Positions 60,434-64,000 of a stretch of DNA of 64,000 bases are shown in pieces (the first letter of the stretch is position 1; each line of letters opens with the position of its first letter). A program made the translations under genes and the position numbers. The stretch comes from Ferruginibacter sp. Lineage in GTDB: Bacteria; Bacteroidota; Bacteroidia; Chitinophagales; Chitinophagaceae. The notes beneath the pieces are model-generated. The model was not told the origin of the DNA, made no database searches, and saw only the letters and a list, made by a program, of their open reading frames with translations. The stretch covers positions 2,273 to 66,272 of the forward strand of contig JANMVB010000125.1 in the NCBI GenBank assembly GCA_031392305.1, read 5' to 3'.

Positions 60434-60472
60434 ACCCATTGGTATTCAGTACAAGAGGGCGACGCAACGATG
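60434..60472 (-). repeat. REP-like element, copy 18 (GCGTCGC subtype)
   Basis: ACCCATTGGTATTCAGTACAAGAGGGCGACGCAACGATG. Confidence 0.9.
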
Positions 60473-60591
60473 TTCCTCACTGCTTCACAGCCTGGACAAA
60501 AAATGTATTCACTTTTTTATTCATTGCGAAGTGTAACACAACTCCTCCATTTGTAAAATCCCTCATGACTTATTTGGATAATTGGAGAGGC

Positions 60592-62019
60592 TTACAACTT
60601 CAACCCCTGCCCACGATAAAATTCAAGTACTTTCATTTTGAAAATATAATCGTATTGGTTTAATACATACTCCAGTTTTGCCCTAAACAAATTGTTTTGA
60701 TTGGTGATCAGTTCAAAGGTACCCAGCATACCCACGTTGTAACGTTTCTGGGCAAAGTCGAGGGTACGTTGCGAAGCCTCCACACTTTTGCTGCTTGCAT
60801 TAAATTTTTCCAGTGCTACTGTAGCTGAATTATAGGCCTGGTAAATATCCTGTTTGGTTTTCTGGTTATCGCCTTCCTGTTGCAACTCGATGTTTTTAAT
60901 ATTGAGTTTGCTACGTTCCCAATTGGTACGCAGGTTGTGTCCGTTAAAAATGGGCACACTAATGCCCAATCCTATTGACTGACGAAAGTTTTGATCAAAT
61001 TGAGTGAATAAAGGTGTTTTGCCATAATTATAATTAGTAAAAGGCTGGTTAGAAAATACAGTGTAATCCACGCTGTTTACAGATACTTTACCAATAGGTG
61101 GAGTTATCTGTTGCGAACCAATTACCTGCTGGGCCCGGCTGTTATAACCCGAGCCAAGGGTGCCAAACGCTGAGAACGTCGGGTACATGTTTCCCCTTGC
61201 CGCTTCTGCAAACTTTTGCGCCGATTTTAATCTAAAATTGTTTACCCGCTGCTGCGGAAGATTGGCAATGGCAAGCGCATAAACCGCCTCTGGTTGCAGA
61301 TCGGCTATTTTTTCAACAGGTATTAATTCTACCGGCGGTATCATTACATCAAAAGGAGCGGCTGCGTCAAAATTCATATATGATTTTAGGAGTAGTACGG
61401 CCTGCACTGCATTTCCTTTTGCACTTACATAGTTGGCGCTGTCACGGGCTTCCTGTGCTTCCAGTTCGGCAGCATTCAGTTCAGGTAAGGAGCCGGCATT
61501 TACCAGTTTTTGTGTATTGTTAAGTTGTGCCTGTGTTTGGCGCAATTGTACCAGGGCAATATTTTCCTGCTCTTTGGTAAGTAAAATTTGCAGGTAAGCA
61601 TTGGCCACCGTTAATGCGATATCATTTTTTAGTTTATCGGTATTTGCCTTCGCCGCTTCAAAATCCCATTGATTGGCAAGCACGGCATTTTTTTTGCTGT
61701 ACCAGTTAAATATATCTACACTGGTTTGCAATTGCATACCTGCGCTTAAATAACTCTGTGTAATAAGGTTAAATGAGGTGGGATCCTGGTTGCGGCCACT
61801 GTTATAACTGCTATTACCACTGAATGTTGCACTTGGGTAAAGCCCCAATTTACTTTGCTTATATACCAATTGGGAAATGCCTGCCTGCACGTCGGCCTGC
61901 TTTACAGTAATATTATTGGCCATAGCATAATCTACTATCTTTCGGAGGTCCCATTTTTCCTGGGCCAACAACCCAGCATAAAAAAATATGAAGAATAATA
62001 AAATTGATATTTTTTTCAT
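60592..62019 (-). CDS. TolC-family outer-membrane efflux protein
   Basis: AMANN..VKQ, YPSATF, VANAYLQIL, SVPIFNG-type motifs. Confidence 0.88.
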   Translation of the reverse strand: MKKISILLFFIFFYAGLLAQEKWDLRKIVDYAMANNITVKQADVQAGISQLVYKQSKLGLYPSATFSGNSSYNSGRNQDPTSFNLITQSYLSAGMQLQTSVDIFNWYSKKNAVLANQWDFEAAKANTDKLKNDIALTVANAYLQILLTKEQENIALVQLRQTQAQLNNTQKLVNAGSLPELNAAELEAQEARDSANYVSAKGNAVQAVLLLKSYMNFDAAAPFDVMIPPVELIPVEKIADLQPEAVYALAIANLPQQRVNNFRLKSAQKFAEAARGNMYPTFSAFGTLGSGYNSRAQQVIGSQQITPPIGKVSVNSVDYTVFSNQPFTNYNYGKTPLFTQFDQNFRQSIGLGISVPIFNGHNLRTNWERSKLNIKNIELQQEGDNQKTKQDIYQAYNSATVALEKFNASSKSVEASQRTLDFAQKRYNVGMLGTFELITNQNNLFRAKLEYVLNQYDYIFKMKVLEFYRGQGLKL

Positions 62020-62160
62020 CCGTCAAAAATATTATTAAACTCATGGAGTTTTAAAAAAAAATTATGAACGGGAGAATTTTAACCAACCCAGGCGTTAAGC
62101 CCACGTAAAAAAAATGAAGAAACTGAGATTGATTGGAGGTGTGAATTTTTTAAAACAAGG

Positions 62161-62580
62161 TTATTTTAAACTTAATTGTGCATAATAAGGATGGTCAGGA
62201 TTTACCATCATTTCCTGTCTTCTTGGATGAATGATTACATCCATTTCTTCCATTGGTATAGCGCCTAACAGAGGTTCATTGTCTCCTTGTAAAACCACCG
62301 CACTGCAGATAGCGGTACGGTTGGCAAATTTTACATGTATTGGGCCAACCACATCATGTTCTACAATAGAACCGTCAGCCATGATTGATTTTCTTTTTTC
62401 TATAAATGATAAATTTAACTGAGCTTGAATGGTTTCATTTATTGCCATCATATAAGCACCACTATCGACGATCATTGTGACTGTCATTTGCTTAATTTCA
62501 TCCTCACCTATTATATGACGTTTTGCCATTTCAATATCACCACCATTTATTAATTTAATTTCTGCATATACCATACCCAT
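62161..62580 (-). CDS. Clan AA (retropepsin-like) aspartic protease
   Basis: IVDSGA catalytic motif, MADG, LLGAIPMEEMD. Confidence 0.8.
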   Translation of the reverse strand: MGMVYAEIKLINGGDIEMAKRHIIGEDEIKQMTVTMIVDSGAYMMAINETIQAQLNLSFIEKRKSIMADGSIVEHDVVGPIHVKFANRTAICSAVVLQGDNEPLLGAIPMEEMDVIIHPRRQEMMVNPDHPYYAQLSLK

Positions 62581-62661
62581 AAAATTAATTTTAGTAAATA
62601 TACAAAATTGAAAATGCAAGGTGTTTTAAAAATTTGTATAATCTCCAATATGTATAGAAAA

Positions 62662-63822
62662 TTAAATCATTGCAAAACCACTCTCCAAATCTTTCACCAA
62701 ATAGTCCGCATCTTCCAATCCTACATACAGCCGTATCATCCGGTGCTCTTTAATTTGTGGATTAAAAAGAGCCGCTGCCATGCCGGCACATTTGGGTACA
62801 ATAAGGCTCTCGTGGCCACCCCAACTTACAGCCATCAGTATATGTTGCAGGCTGTTGCAAAACCTTTCAACTTGTTCTAATGTGGTTGCCTTTATTATAA
62901 AAGTAAGTAAGCCACAGGCTCCCTGCATTTGTTGTTTGGCCAACTCGTATTGCGGAAAACTTTCATCAAAAGGGAAGATGATTTCTTCTACTTTTTCATG
63001 CTGCTTTAAATAGGTTACAACTTGTTGAGTGGTTTTTGTTATCCTTTCCAACCGCATGGGTAAGGTGCGTAACCCACGGATGAGTAGCCATGCATTAAAG
63101 GGAGAAATACCACTGCCGATGTCCATGTACTCTGAGTTAAATATCCTTTCAATCATTTGTTTACTGCCGCACAGTACACCACCTACTGTATCACTGTGGC
63201 CGCCAATATATTTTGTTGCAGTTTGCATACTGAGGTCAATGCCAAAATCGAGTGGTTTTTGATATATGGGGGTGCAATAACTATTATCAATAATGGTAAT
63301 AATATTTTCTGCCTTCGCCAGTTCTGCCACCGCTTTTAAATCCTGTATGGCATAATCCCAGCTATTGGGACTTTCCAAATATATCACCGTAGTATTGGGC
63401 AAAATTGCCCTTTCAAAATTTTCTATTTCACGGCCATCTATGTAAGTAGTGGTTACTCCAAACCGTGGCAATATATCGTTGAACATTTTTTGTGTCCAGG
63501 TGTAAGGTTTATTTACAGATACAATATGATCACCGGATTTTACATTCGCCAACACTGCTGCAAATACAGCGGCTGCACCACTACCAAATACCAGACAATC
63601 TTCTGCATTATCAAGGGCGGCTAATTTTTTTCGCAGAATATCTACGGTTGGGTTTAATCCGCGGCTGTATAAATAAGTGGAATATTCATCAGCGAAAGCA
63701 TGGCGTAATTCATCTACTGTTTTAAAGGCGAAGTTGCTGGTTTGAATGATCGGAGGTGCAATGGCATTAAAATAATTTTCCCTGTCTTCTGCCAGTTCGT
63801 TGATGATGTAGGAGATGTCCAT
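62662..63822 (-). CDS. PLP-dependent trans-sulfuration enzyme (Cys/Met metabolism family)
   Basis: PPIIQTSNF, YSRGLNPT, ESPNS, IDNSY, TATKYIGGHSD, RLYVGLED motifs. Confidence 0.9.
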   Translation of the reverse strand: MDISYIINELAEDRENYFNAIAPPIIQTSNFAFKTVDELRHAFADEYSTYLYSRGLNPTVDILRKKLAALDNAEDCLVFGSGAAAVFAAVLANVKSGDHIVSVNKPYTWTQKMFNDILPRFGVTTTYIDGREIENFERAILPNTTVIYLESPNSWDYAIQDLKAVAELAKAENIITIIDNSYCTPIYQKPLDFGIDLSMQTATKYIGGHSDTVGGVLCGSKQMIERIFNSEYMDIGSGISPFNAWLLIRGLRTLPMRLERITKTTQQVVTYLKQHEKVEEIIFPFDESFPQYELAKQQMQGACGLLTFIIKATTLEQVERFCNSLQHILMAVSWGGHESLIVPKCAGMAAALFNPQIKEHRMIRLYVGLEDADYLVKDLESGFAMI

Positions 63823-64000
63823 TATTAATTACCTTTTTTCAATTGTATTTTTCTCTAATGTTTTTATAGCTGTAAAGGTCAGGCTCACTAATCAAAAAAT
63901 CAAAAGAGTCACTATCCATTTGCAACGTTATAAACTGTTCGGAGGTTAATTCTTCATGGCTTTTGTGTAGGATAAAATCTATAAATTCTCCAACAGTATT

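Noticed and set aside
1109-63725. Numerous 60-170 aa ORFs antisense to or nested in long genes (e.g. 4601-4891, 18503-18958, 41566-42075, 49050-49463)
   Set aside because: Shadow ORFs of well-supported CDSs with no recognisable motifs
1-64000. tRNA, rRNA, integrase, transposase or prophage genes
   Set aside because: None recognised by eye or in the ORF track

Overview
AT-rich Bacteroidota chromosome segment; gene content and promoter style suggest Chitinophagaceae (inference). Housekeeping genes (recQ C-terminus, LTA-synthase-like sulfatase, MsbA-like ABC, pyrC, porT, menG/ubiE, engB, pdhC, dnaX, thiL, suhB, AmgK/MurU-like pair, MacA/TolC-like efflux, trans-sulfuration lyase) surround a ~21 kb accessory cluster (18.0-39.1 kb). 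The cluster holds secreted Ig/DUF11-like proteins with and without T9SS C-terminal domains, a TonB-dependent receptor, a beta-helix protein, a GT-C/GT2 pair and a metalloprotease with a separately encoded pro-domain-like gene. Non-coding structure is rich. (1) 18 intergenic copies of a 38-40 bp REP-like element with a covarying dyad, a hairpin and fixed-length variable flanks. (2) A 4-unit array at 36.46-36.96 kb with an invariant 27-bp core plus terminator hairpin, separated by unique 72-88 bp spacers. (3) Two small genes at 3.1-4.3 kb bounded by inverted GTAAG/CTTAC cores, resembling integron cassettes. (4) An A9 run in dnaX with immediate stops in both shifted frames. Also seen: a -1 frameshift in pdhC and an in-frame premature stop in a DUF4259-like gene. 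No tRNA, rRNA, cas gene, integrase or transposase was seen. All family assignments come from motif recognition by eye; no database searches were run.
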